From positions 1-64,000 of the forward strand of contig CAWHTE010000004.1 of the NCBI GenBank assembly GCA_963832165.1: a DNA stretch of 64,000 nt, read 5' to 3'. Positions 10,321 to 19,257 of this stretch are shown here, in pieces. Position 1 is the stretch's first letter. Each line of letters starts with the position of its first letter. Made by a program: the position numbers and the translations under genes. This stretch comes from an uncultured delta proteobacterium (GTDB lineage Bacteria; Myxococcota_A; UBA9160; SMWR01). The notes beneath the pieces were generated by a model that had not been told where the DNA came from, made no database searches, and was given only the letters and a program-made list of their open reading frames with translations.

Positions 10321-11640
10321 TCAAAGGTTGTGCGCCGGATGGGCGCCGTAGAGGAACTCGACGCCGAGCCAGACCGAGTGCGCGGAGTGGTCGCGCGAGA
10401 ACGTGATGTCGTCGTAGCTGTACTGGAGCCGCAGCCGCAGGAAGTGCGACGGATAGAACGCGAGCAGCGGCGAGATCCGGTGCCGGTTCGAGCGCAGCGG
10501 ATCGAGGCGGCGCGACGCGGTGACCACCGAGAGCGTGTCCGGATCGAACGCGACATCCGAACCCGATCCGCTCGCATACTCGTAGCGAAGCCCCGCTGCC
10601 CAGCCGGGCCAGAAGCCGTAGAGCGCCTGCGCGTAGAAGCCGTAGTCGCGGAGGTCCTTGCTCGACAGGAACACTTCGGTGCACGGGATGCTCGGGTCGT
10701 TCGCGAAGCAGCCGAGAAACGAGTCCGCGTGGTAGCTGCGGTGCACTGCCTCGGCCTGGAACTTCACGAACGGCCACCCGCGTGTCGCCGCGAGCGGCAC
10801 CCACTTCACCATCACGTCCGCCCCGACGATCTGGGTGCGGCCGTCGCTTCCGGTGCCGTTGGGACCGAACAGCGCCGAGCCGCCCAGCTGCGCCGTGACG
10901 GTGTCGCTGAGATCGACGCCGTTCACTAGCCGCGCGAGATAAGTGAAGTCTTCCATGCTGCGCACGCGCCGGTCCGCGAACGGCCGGCCCCCGATCGAGC
11001 GCTCCTCGAACACCTCGTCGTTGCCGAGGAAGCTGACCTGGGTCTCGCCCTTCGCGTTTTGAATGCCGGCATGGATCTCCGCGAACCAGGGCAGCGGTAC
11101 GAGCCAGCCGAGCCGCATGCCTGGGCCGCGCAGACCGTCTTCCCCGAACAGGCGCGTGAGCGCGAGCGGCTGGTCCTGCCAGTCCCACGCGTGCGGGTGG
11201 ACCGGGTTCATCCGGCCGAACTCGGTGAAGAAGGTGCCGGCCTCGATCTGGAAGCCCGCGTCCTCGAGATCGAACGGCAACGCGATCGTCTGCAGGAACG
11301 CTTCCTCGACCTCGAATTGCGACTCTCCATCGGGATCGATGAAGTAGACGAGGTGGCTCTCGCCTCGCACGTAGGGATCGACCGCGCCCAGGAAGGAGAG
11401 CTCCACCTGCTGCAGCGTGAAGCCGCGCTGGCGCGGGTCGTGTCCGCCGCCCTGGAGCAGCTCGATCTCGTCGTCGCGTGCGGTCGAGCCGCCGACCGCC
11501 GCCAGCACGTCGAGCGAGACGTCGAGCAGCTGGAGCGTGCCGCTGGCGCCGATCGGCTGCGACCAGAGCTCCTCGCCCTGCGCTTCGAGTGCGAGCGCGA
11601 ACACGAGCCATGCGCCCGCGCAACGGGATAGCCGTCCCAT
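10321..11640 (-). CDS. Outer-membrane beta-barrel, zinc-regulated TonB-dependent receptor/porin-like
   Basis: Signal peptide; 'GGHDPRQRGFTLQQVEL...AVDPY', 'EFGRMNPVHPHAWDW', C-terminal 'GAHPAH'; first gene of the metal ABC operon. Confidence 0.75.
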   Translation of the reverse strand: MGRLSRCAGAWLVFALALEAQGEELWSQPIGASGTLQLLDVSLDVLAAVGGSTARDDEIELLQGGGHDPRQRGFTLQQVELSFLGAVDPYVRGESHLVYFIDPDGESQFEVEEAFLQTIALPFDLEDAGFQIEAGTFFTEFGRMNPVHPHAWDWQDQPLALTRLFGEDGLRGPGMRLGWLVPLPWFAEIHAGIQNAKGETQVSFLGNDEVFEERSIGGRPFADRRVRSMEDFTYLARLVNGVDLSDTVTAQLGGSALFGPNGTGSDGRTQIVGADVMVKWVPLAATRGWPFVKFQAEAVHRSYHADSFLGCFANDPSIPCTEVFLSSKDLRDYGFYAQALYGFWPGWAAGLRYEYASGSGSDVAFDPDTLSVVTASRRLDPLRSNRHRISPLLAFYPSHFLRLRLQYSYDDITFSRDHSAHSVWLGVEFLYGAHPAHNL

Positions 11641-11653
11641 CGATTCCCCTCGA

Positions 11654-11743
11654 TCCGGCGCGTCGCCGGAGGTCGATCACGCTTCGATGGCCGACACGAA
11701 TCGGTGTCAGCTATCGCGCACCGGCGCACGTGCGCCGGCGCGA
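11654..11743 (-). promoter_or_regulatory. Three tandem stem-loops between the RAPP ORF and the receptor RBS
   Basis: Perfect palindrome ccggcgcacgtgcgccgg (11721-11738); gccgacac/gtgtcagc (11690-11711); tccggcg-cgt-cgccgga (11654-11670) just upstream of SD GAGGGG (11646-11651). Confidence 0.5.
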
Positions 11744-11750
11744 ACCGCGA

Positions 11751-12107
11751 TCAGGCGGGGAAGGGCGGGGCGCGCGGGGTGCCGGGTCGATGGCGCTCGG
11801 CCGAGCCAGCGAGCTCGAGCGCGGGAATCGCCGCGGTCTCGGGCGATGCGGACAGGTCGAGGCGCGGTGCACCCGGCTCGCGTATCGCGGGGGCATGCGC
11901 GCCCGCGAGGCAGAGCGAGCACGCGTCGCTGCTCGGCGCCGAGGGGCTCTCGGAATGATGCTCGCCGCACAGCCCCTGTGCGGCGGCGCCCGCGAGATGC
12001 GCGTGTACGAGCGGCGCCGAGAGCGCGAGCGCCGCTGCGAGCGCGAGGCTCGCGTACAGGAACCCACCGGCGGTTCGACCGCGGCGATGGCCCGGGCGCG
12101 ACCCCAG
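11751..12107 (-). CDS. DUF2946-like leader/arrest peptide (TM segment, His, CxxC, C-terminal RAPP); not in the ORF track
   Basis: Manual translation ...GGFLYASLALAAALALSAPLVHAHLAG...CGEHHSE...DACSLCLAGAH...PGTPRAPPFPA*; stop at 11751-11753; no in-frame ATG/GTG, so a CTG start at 12107 or a frameshift from GTG 12115 is needed. Confidence 0.7.
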   Translation of the reverse strand: MGSRPGHRRGRTAGGFLYASLALAAALALSAPLVHAHLAGAAAQGLCGEHHSESPSAPSSDACSLCLAGAHAPAIREPGAPRLDLSASPETAAIPALELAGSAERHRPGTPRAPPFPA

Positions 12108-12117
12108 CGCGGCACGA

Positions 12118-12561
12118 TCAGGCCATGTTGGGCGGGTAGGGCAGCAGCGCGAGATGGCGCGCGCGCTTGACCGCGAGCGCGACCACGCGCTGTTGCTTCG
12201 CGGTGTTGCCGGTGATCCGGCGCGGCAGGATCTTGCCCGTCTCGGACAGGAAGCTGCGCAGCAGCTTCGGATCCTTGTAGTCGACGACGACGGTCTTGTC
12301 GGTGGTGAGGCGCGAGACCTTCTTGCGCGCGAACGTGCGCTTGCGGTTCTTGCGGTCGCGCTTGCGCGCCTTTGCGCGCAGGCGCGACTTCACCGAGGTG
12401 CCGCCCTCGCGGCGGTCGCCGTAGCGGTCGCCGCGGTCCCCGTAGCGATCTCCGCGGTCGCCGAAGCCTCCGCGGTCGCCGAAGCCTCCACGGTCGCCGA
12501 AGCCTCCGCGGTCGAATCGATCTCCTCGGTCGGGGCCGCCGCGGTTCTCGTCGTAGGGCAA
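12118..12561 (-). CDS. rpsR: 30S ribosomal protein S18, Cys-free form with N-terminal GDR/GGFGDR repeat extension
   Basis: '[31 protein letters not shown]...[13 protein letters not shown]'; likely TTG start at 12561 with GGAG SD upstream. Confidence 0.92.
   Translation of the reverse strand: MPYDENRGGPDRGDRFDRGGFGDRGGFGDRGGFGDRGDRYGDRGDRYGDRREGGTSVKSRLRAKARKRDRKNRKRTFARKKVSRLTTDKTVVVDYKDPKLLRSFLSETGKILPRRITGNTAKQQRVVALAVKRARHLALLPYPPNMA
12454..12514. repeat. 18-bp coding tandem repeat x3 (GGFGDR) in rpsR
   Basis: (g/a)cggtcgccgaagcctcc at 12454, 12472, 12490. Confidence 0.85.
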
Positions 12562-12677
12562 GGTCGGGTCTCCAGCCAATGAGGAAGGGCGATCATCATA
12601 GATCATCCGAAAAGCGGTCGCCGCCCTCCTATCTAGCCGTCCGCCCAGGGCTTCTCGTGCTGCTACGATCCGCCGCG

Positions 12678-14351
12678 ATGCGCGCCGGACTGGTCACCCG
12701 CTTCGCGCCGTCGCCGACCGGCCATCTGCACATCGGCGGCGCGCGGACCGCGCTCTACAACTGGGCGCTCGCGCGCGACGGCGGCCGATTCCTGCTGCGC
12801 ATCGAGGACACCGACCAGGCGCGCTCGTCGGAGGAGTCGGCGCGCGGAATCCTCGAAGACCTCGCGTGGCTCGGCATCGGCTGGGACGAGGGGCCCGCGT
12901 TCGGACCGCTCGGCGGCGACCCGCGCGGCGTGGGGCCGTGGCGGCAGGCCGAGCGGCTCGGCCACTACGCGGCCGCGGTCGACGCGCTGATCGAACGCGA
13001 CCTCGCCTATCCCGCGTTCGAGACGGGCGAGGAGCTCGAGGCGCTGCGCGCCGCCGCGCGCGCCGAGAAGCGCAACTTCCGCTACCGGCGCGCCGCGGAC
13101 TTCGACCGCGCGGCCGCGCTCGCGCGCATGACCCGCGAGCCGCACGTGGTGCGCTTCCGGATGCCCACCGAGCCCGTGGCGGTCGTGGATACCGTGCTCG
13201 GCGCGATCGAATTCGGTGAGGAGCACCTCGACGACTTCGTGATCCGCAAGCGCGACGGCTTCCCCACCTATCACCTCGCCGTGGTGGTGGACGACGAGCT
13301 CATGGGCGTCACCCACGTGCTGCGCGGGCAGGAGCATCTCAACAACACCCCGCGCCACGTCGCGCTCCAGCGCGCGCTCGGCTATCGCGAGCCCGTCTAC
13401 GCGCACCTGCCCGTGATCTTCAACGCCGACGGCTCGAAGATGTCGAAGCGCGACAAGGACAAGGCCGCGCGCGAGGCGGTCCGGGCGCGGCTCGTCGCCG
13501 ACGCGGGCGCGCGCGCGGCGCTGGCCGCGATCGTCCCGGGCGATCGGCTCGACGCGTGGCTGCGCGACAAGCGCGCGCAGCTCGAGCCGGCCGAGCTCAC
13601 TCCGCTCGCCGAGGCGCTCGCGCTCGATCTGCCGTGCATCGAGGTCGAGGACTTCCGGCGCGCCGGCTATCTGCCCGATCCGCTCTGCAACTACCTCGCG
13701 CTGCTCGGATGGAGCCCCGGAGAGAAGGACGAGCAGGGCCGCGATCGCGAGCGGTTCGACCGCGCCTATCTCGCCGAGCGCTTCTCGCTCGAGCGGGTCG
13801 GCGCGGGCAACGCGCGCTTCGACCGCGAGAAGCTGCTCGCGTTCAATCAGGATGCGATCGCGGCGCTCTCCGACGGCGATTTCTTCGCGCACTGGATCGG
13901 GTGGTGCGAGCGCTACGCGCCGCAGCGTCTCGCGCGCGACGAGGCCTGGCGGCGCCGCTTCGCCGCGATGATCCGCACGCGCTGCCGCACGCTCGCCGAC
14001 GCGACCGCCGCCGACGGGCCCGGTGCGTTCGCGTGGGCCGACGATGCGGGCTTCCCCTACGACCCGGCCGCAGTCGAGCAGTGGCTGCGCAAAGGGGATC
14101 CCTCCGGGTTCGCGCGGCTGCGCGAGGCCGAGGCGGTGCTCGCGAAGCTCGAGCGCTTCGAGCCCGAGGAGATCGAGGCCGCCGTGGGCGCGCTCGCGGC
14201 GCAGCTCGGGGTGGGGATGGGAAAGCTGGCTCAGCCGCTGCGCGTGGCGGTCACGGGGCGTGCGGCGAGTCCGCCGCTCGGCGAGACGCTCGCGATCCTG
14301 GGTCGCGATGCGGTACTGCGGCGGATCGCGCGCTGCCGCGCGCTCGAGTAG
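12678..14351 (+). CDS. gltX: Glutamate--tRNA ligase
   Basis: '[20 protein letters not shown]', 'LRIEDTD', 'THVLRGQEH', KMSKR, anticodon domain 'PLRVAVTG...SPPL'. Confidence 0.95.
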   Translation: MRAGLVTRFAPSPTGHLHIGGARTALYNWALARDGGRFLLRIEDTDQARSSEESARGILEDLAWLGIGWDEGPAFGPLGGDPRGVGPWRQAERLGHYAAAVDALIERDLAYPAFETGEELEALRAAARAEKRNFRYRRAADFDRAAALARMTREPHVVRFRMPTEPVAVVDTVLGAIEFGEEHLDDFVIRKRDGFPTYHLAVVVDDELMGVTHVLRGQEHLNNTPRHVALQRALGYREPVYAHLPVIFNADGSKMSKRDKDKAAREAVRARLVADAGARAALAAIVPGDRLDAWLRDKRAQLEPAELTPLAEALALDLPCIEVEDFRRAGYLPDPLCNYLALLGWSPGEKDEQGRDRERFDRAYLAERFSLERVGAGNARFDREKLLAFNQDAIAALSDGDFFAHWIGWCERYAPQRLARDEAWRRRFAAMIRTRCRTLADATAADGPGAFAWADDAGFPYDPAAVEQWLRKGDPSGFARLREAEAVLAKLERFEPEEIEAAVGALAAQLGVGMGKLAQPLRVAVTGRAASPPLGETLAILGRDAVLRRIARCRALE

Positions 14352-16857
14352 CGCCGAATAGCACTGCACACAGCGCCCAGAACAGGCGCAGGTCCGACGG
14401 CTCGGGCACCAGGTGCAACGTCTCGAGGTTCGGGTCGGCCAGGATGTCGGCCTCGGAGTAGCGCACGTTCACCCAGCCCTTCTGCGAGTAGAGCTCGGTC
14501 ATGTCCTTGTGGTGCGGTGAGGCCGGATCCGTGGACTGGGAGTAGGTCAGGATGATGCCCGCCTCCGGACCGTCTTCGTCCCAGGTGACGGTCTGGATGT
14601 AGCTCGAGCCGTGCGGCACGTCGTAGCCGCGGCCCGGCGTCGTCGACAGGCTGTTGTTGATCGCATTGAAGACGCCCAGGGTGCCGGGTCCGCCGTGGAT
14701 GGGGATCTGCTGCCCGTTCTTCACCACGTACTGCACAGAGCCGAGCGGTGCGGAGACCGGCAGAGCGAGCTCCTGGAGCGAATCGACGGCATCGACGAGC
14801 GCCTGCTTCACCCCGGGATCGAGAGTGTTCAAGTCGCGCGGCGTGTTCACGGGATCGTTCGCGTCGAACGGCACGAGCCAGGGGTTGGCCGGCGCGCGCC
14901 GGAACCACTCCTGGAACAGGTGGGCTCCCACCGAGCTCAGGTTGTGGCGCAGGTCCCAGGCCTCGAGCACGTTGCACGCGTCGGTCAGGTCGATCACCGC
15001 GCTGTCGTCGCTCGCGGTGCCCGACGGCGCGGGCGTGCGGCACACCTCGACCAGATCGTCGCGCACGAGCTCCGCGTTGAGGTTGCGGTTGCCGAGCTCG
15101 GGATAGATGCTGTTGCCGTAGAGCATCGCCTGGAGCTTCTTGAGCGTGACGTCTTTGCCCGGCATGCCGTCGGGCTTCTGGAACGCGTCGCTGAACAGCG
15201 CGCTCAAGCGGTCGATCACCTGCCGGTATCCCAGTCGCGTGCGCAGGCTGCGCGCGGTGCGCTCGCTCCCGATGATGCGGGCGAAGCCCTCGAGCGGATG
15301 TTCGTGATGCGACAGCCAGTAGCTGTCGTTCGAGTTCATCGTATAGTCGGTCCGCTCGAGCACGGGCAGGTCCGAGCCCGCGAAGATCCCGGGCTGCGGA
15401 GCCGCCGGATCGACGACCCATTCGCACGAGGTGCGCGAGCCGTCGAGAACGGGCAGCCCGAGCAGCTGGTACACGGCCACGCCCACCGGCACTGCGTTGC
15501 AGATCGTCGCGAGGGAGTTGGGCACGTTCGGCACCACGGAGACGTCGGCGTAGAGCGCGTGCCCCGTGCTGTCGGCCGCGATCGTGTTCACCCAGGGGAT
15601 GCCGATGTGGGTCTGGAGGATCTGCTTGACCTCCGCGGTGCTCTGCGCGCGGTTGATGTCGAAGAAGTGATCGAGGATGCGCGTGTTCTCCGCATTGGCG
15701 TCGCGGATCGAATAGGCGCGCACGACGTCCCAGCCGAAGATGGGCAATCCGGACACGCTCATCAGGAAGATCGGCCCGTAGCGCGAGAAGTAGAAGGTAT
15801 GGGAGCGCAGGTCGGTGCATTGGCCGTCCGTCACCGCCACGCACACCTCGACCGGGCGCGTCGTCATCGCCTCGATGTTGCCGTCGATCAGGTAGGAGGT
15901 GGGAAGGCCGGGCACGAGCTTCAGCTCCACCGGCGTGAAGCGATAGGCGGTGGAGACGGTGTGGCTCCAGGCGACGCCCTCGTTGAAGCCGATCAGCGCG
16001 AGCGGCACGCCGTAGAGCGACATGCCGTAGACGTTCATTTCGCCGGGAACCGTGACGTGGAAGGTGTGGAAGCGTTCGGTCCCGACCCACGGGAAGTGCG
16101 GGTTTCCGAGCAGCATTCCCGCGCTGGTGCCCGTCGCATCGGAGCCGAACGCGTAGGCGTTGCTGCCGATGCCGAGGCACCCGGGGCTGGGCAGCGCGCA
16201 GGGCTCTCCCGAAAGCGCCGAGATCAGCTGCTCCACGGTTCCGATCGGATCGATGATTTCATCGAGGGGCGGCTTGGCCGCGACGATCCCCTCGATGAAG
16301 AAACCCTGGCTCGCCAGCAGCAGCAGCTCGTAGAAGCGCTTCATCATGTCGAGCGGGGTGATCGGCCGCACCCAGGGCTGGTTGCGGCACGCCTCGGGCA
16401 GGTTGGCCACGCCCGTGTCGGACAGGTAGCGGTTGTAGCCGTCCGCGAAGCCCTGAATGCCCTCGCGGATCTGAGTGCGCGACGAGGTGAGCCAGTTCGA
16501 GAGCTTCGCCTCGTCCATCACGAGCTTGTAGAAGAAGTCGCTGCTCAGGTTGTTCACGGTGCCCGAGCCGTTGGAGTGGTAGGTGTACGAGCCGTCGACT
16601 CCGAAGTACCGCGAGCGCTCGCCGTTCACCTTGTTGAACTCCTCCGCCATCAGGCAGAGGTTGTCGCGTGCGAAGGCATAGCCATAGCCGTAGGCCGCAC
16701 TGGCGTAGTCGTCCGCCTTGATGTGCGGGATCCCGTAGCTCGTCCAGCGGATATCCACGTCGTACTGGGCAACCGCGGATCCGGAGACCGGGGCCAGCGC
16801 GGCGATGCCGAGAGCCAGTCGAACCGCAAATCGACGAGCGCGCTTCCATGAGGCCAT
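14251..16857 (-). CDS. Penicillin acylase family Ntn-hydrolase (PvdQ/AHL-acylase-like) with PEP-CTERM-like tail
   Basis: Signal peptide, 'IRWTSYGIPHI', nucleophile 'GSNAYAFG', 'LLGNPHFPW', 'AWSHTVS', 'NSNDSYWL', 'LTYSQSTDPASPH'; tail VPEP-hydrophobic-RAR. Confidence 0.9.
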   Translation of the reverse strand: MASWKRARRFAVRLALGIAALAPVSGSAVAQYDVDIRWTSYGIPHIKADDYASAAYGYGYAFARDNLCLMAEEFNKVNGERSRYFGVDGSYTYHSNGSGTVNNLSSDFFYKLVMDEAKLSNWLTSSRTQIREGIQGFADGYNRYLSDTGVANLPEACRNQPWVRPITPLDMMKRFYELLLLASQGFFIEGIVAAKPPLDEIIDPIGTVEQLISALSGEPCALPSPGCLGIGSNAYAFGSDATGTSAGMLLGNPHFPWVGTERFHTFHVTVPGEMNVYGMSLYGVPLALIGFNEGVAWSHTVSTAYRFTPVELKLVPGLPTSYLIDGNIEAMTTRPVEVCVAVTDGQCTDLRSHTFYFSRYGPIFLMSVSGLPIFGWDVVRAYSIRDANAENTRILDHFFDINRAQSTAEVKQILQTHIGIPWVNTIAADSTGHALYADVSVVPNVPNSLATICNAVPVGVAVYQLLGLPVLDGSRTSCEWVVDPAAPQPGIFAGSDLPVLERTDYTMNSNDSYWLSHHEHPLEGFARIIGSERTARSLRTRLGYRQVIDRLSALFSDAFQKPDGMPGKDVTLKKLQAMLYGNSIYPELGNRNLNAELVRDDLVEVCRTPAPSGTASDDSAVIDLTDACNVLEAWDLRHNLSSVGAHLFQEWFRRAPANPWLVPFDANDPVNTPRDLNTLDPGVKQALVDAVDSLQELALPVSAPLGSVQYVVKNGQQIPIHGGPGTLGVFNAINNSLSTTPGRGYDVPHGSSYIQTVTWDEDGPEAGIILTYSQSTDPASPHHKDMTELYSQKGWVNVRYSEADILADPNLETLHLVPEPSDLRLFWALCAVLFGATRARGSARSAAVPHRDPGSRASRRAADSPHAP

Positions 16858-16914
16858 GCAGACAGGATGCAGTGGCCCCGCGCAGACTTCTATTCGATCG
16901 TCGAACTGGAGGCG

Positions 16915-17382
16915 CTAGAGGCAGTCGAGCGCCTCGAGCACGTGCGCGGGGTGGTCGGCCGCCTTCGCGACGCGCTTCCAGTGCTTCTTCACCTCGCCGT
17001 CGGGCCCGATCCAGACCGTCGAGCGGATCACGCCCGTGGTCTTCTTGCCGTAGAGCACCTTCTCGCCCCACGCGCCGTACTTCGTCATGACCTTCTTGTC
17101 GGGATCGCTGAGCAGCAGGAACGGCAGCTTGTACTTCTTCGTGAACTTCGCGTGCGACGCTCCGTTGTCGGGCGAGATGCCGAGCACGACGGCGTCGTGC
17201 TTCTCGATCGCGCGGTAGAGGTCGCGGAAGCCGCACGCCTCCTTGGTGCATCCGGGCGTGTCGTCCTTCGGATAGAAGTAGACGATCACGTGCTGGCCCT
17301 CGAAGTCCGAGAGCGAAACCTTCTCTCCGGTCGCGTCCTCGAGCGTGAACGCCGGGGCCTTCTTTCCTTCCTCGATCGGCAT
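16915..17382 (-). CDS. bcp: Thioredoxin-dependent thiol peroxidase (Bcp/PrxQ)
   Basis: 'VYFYPKDDTPGCTKEACGFRD'. Confidence 0.93.
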   Translation of the reverse strand: MPIEEGKKAPAFTLEDATGEKVSLSDFEGQHVIVYFYPKDDTPGCTKEACGFRDLYRAIEKHDAVVLGISPDNGASHAKFTKKYKLPFLLLSDPDKKVMTKYGAWGEKVLYGKKTTGVIRSTVWIGPDGEVKKHWKRVAKAADHPAHVLEALDCL

Positions 17383-17458
17383 GGATCCTCCTGCGAACGG
17401 CGACCGTAGGATGACTCGGACCGCCGCCCGAAGCGAGTGCGGTAGGATGTGCGGCGCG

Positions 17459-18817
17459 TTGGCGCAGTACGACTTCGACCTGTTCACGATCGGCGCGGGC
17501 TCTGGTGGCGTGCGCGCGAGCCGGATGTCGACGCGCTACGGGGCGCGCGTCGCGATCGCCGAGGAGCGCGACCTCGGCGGCACCTGCGTAAACGTCGGTT
17601 GTATTCCGAAGAAGCTGCTCGTGTACGCGTCGGCGTTCCGGCGCGACGTCGAGGACGCGGTCGGATTCGGCTGGACCCCGCCGCCGCCTTCGCACGATTG
17701 GCGCACGCTGATCCGCAACAAGGATGCCGAGATCGCGCGCTTGAACGGCGTGTACGCGCGCCTGCTCGATGAAGCGGGCGTAAAGCGCATCGACGGACAT
17801 GCACGGCTCGTCGACGCGCATACCGTCGCGGTCGGCCGCGAGACGTTCACGGCCGAGCACATCCTCGTGGCGACGGGGAGCTGGCCGATGCTGCCCGCGA
17901 TCCCGGGCATCGAGCACGCGATCAGCTCGAACGAGATGTTCCACCTCGACGGGCTGCCCGAGCGCCCGATCGTGGTCGGCGGCGGCTATATCGCCGCAGA
18001 GTTCACGGGCATCTTGCACGGGCTCGGCGCGCGCGTGACGCAGCTGTACCGCGGCCCGCTCTTCCTGCGCGGGTTCGACGACGACGTGCGCCACCATCTC
18101 GCCGGAGAGCTCCGGCACCAGGGGATCGACCTGCGCTTCGATGCGGATGTGGCCAGGATCGAGAAGGCGAGCGACGGCGGGCTGCGCGCGACGCTCGTCG
18201 ACGGCTCGCAGCTCGAGGCCGATGCGATCCTGTACGCGACGGGCCGCCACCCGCTCACGCGCGATCTCGGCCTCGAGGATCTGAAGATCGAGCTGCGTCC
18301 GAACGGCGCGATCCGCGTCGACGAGTACTCGCGCTCGTCGCTGCCGAGCGTGTGGGCGATCGGCGACGTCACCGACCGCATCAACCTCACGCCGGTCGCG
18401 ATCCACGAGGGGATGTGCCTCGCGGCCACGCTCTTCGACGGACGGCCGACGCGGCCCGTGTACGAGAACGTGCCGTCGGCGGTGTTCAGCCAGCCCGCGA
18501 TCGGCTCGGTCGGCTGCACCGAAGCGCAGGCGCGCGCACGTCATCCCGCGGTCGACGTGTACCGCACCGCGTTCCGCGAGCTCAAGCACACGCTGTCGGG
18601 CCGCCAGGAGCGCACGATGATGAAGCTCGTCGTGGACGGCGCGACCGATCGCGTCGTGGGTGCGCACATGGTGGGCGATCACGCGGGCGAGGTGATCCAG
18701 GGGATCGCCGTGGCGATGGTGTGCGGCGCGACGAAGGCGCAGTTCGACGCGACGGTGGGTATCCATCCCACCGCCGCGGAGGAGTTCGTCACGCTGCGCG
18801 AAAAGGTCACCTCCTGA
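17459..18817 (+). CDS. gor: Glutathione-disulfide reductase
   Basis: 'YDFDLFTIGAGSGGVRASR', 'GGTCVNVGCIPKK', 'GIHPTAAEEFVT'; start is TTG 17459 or ATG 17447. Confidence 0.92.
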   Translation: MAQYDFDLFTIGAGSGGVRASRMSTRYGARVAIAEERDLGGTCVNVGCIPKKLLVYASAFRRDVEDAVGFGWTPPPPSHDWRTLIRNKDAEIARLNGVYARLLDEAGVKRIDGHARLVDAHTVAVGRETFTAEHILVATGSWPMLPAIPGIEHAISSNEMFHLDGLPERPIVVGGGYIAAEFTGILHGLGARVTQLYRGPLFLRGFDDDVRHHLAGELRHQGIDLRFDADVARIEKASDGGLRATLVDGSQLEADAILYATGRHPLTRDLGLEDLKIELRPNGAIRVDEYSRSSLPSVWAIGDVTDRINLTPVAIHEGMCLAATLFDGRPTRPVYENVPSAVFSQPAIGSVGCTEAQARARHPAVDVYRTAFRELKHTLSGRQERTMMKLVVDGATDRVVGAHMVGDHAGEVIQGIAVAMVCGATKAQFDATVGIHPTAAEEFVTLREKVTS

Positions 18818-19157
18818 ACCGGAGCCGGACCTGCATCGTGGTCGGTTCGGTGCCGAGCGCTTCGTAGCGCCAGCGGGATACGGCTCGCAGCGCGACCTCC
18901 TCGAACACGCCGGGCGGCGTGGACTCGAGGACCCGGGCCTTCACGACCCTGCCTCGTCCGTCCACGGTGTACTCGAGCAGGACGGACCCGGCGATGCCGC
19001 GCGAGAGCGCGGCCAGGGGGTAGTCGGGATTCGGGCGGGTGAGCGGCTTCGGCGGTGCGGCCAGGTCGGCGGATGCGGCGCTTGCCAGTGTGATCGCCAG
19101 CGCGATCAGTGCAGCGGGGCGCCAGGAGCGGCGGACGGGTCGAGAGCGAGTTCCCAC
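18807..19157 (-). CDS. Small signal-peptide-bearing TonB C-terminal domain protein
   Basis: 'PDYPLAALSRGIAGSVLLEYTVDGRGRV...VLESTPPGVFEEVALRAVSRWRY'; GTG 19157 with GGAG SD (alternative ATG 19193). Confidence 0.8.
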   Translation of the reverse strand: MGTRSRPVRRSWRPAALIALAITLASAASADLAAPPKPLTRPNPDYPLAALSRGIAGSVLLEYTVDGRGRVVKARVLESTPPGVFEEVALRAVSRWRYEALGTEPTTMQVRLRFRR

Positions 19158-19235
19158 GGCAGTTCTTCTCCGTGGGCGCGCGAACCAGAACATCGGCGGG
19201 ACCCGCTCGTTACACAATCGACAAAAACGAATATG

Positions 19236-19257
19236 ATTGTTTCTCGTGAGCAAAGAT
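19236..19257. promoter_or_regulatory. Putative LysR autoregulatory inverted-repeat site in an AT-rich divergent promoter
   Basis: ATTGTTTC-TCGTGA-GCAAAGAT imperfect dyad at the LysR 5' end. Confidence 0.4.

Noticed and set aside
12454..12514. Direct repeats resembling a CRISPR array
   Set aside because: The 18-bp units are contiguous with no spacers and in frame within rpsR; no cas genes are in the window.
12562..12677. Zur/Fur box in the rpsR-gltX divergent spacer
   Set aside because: No convincing AT-rich palindrome was found by eye.
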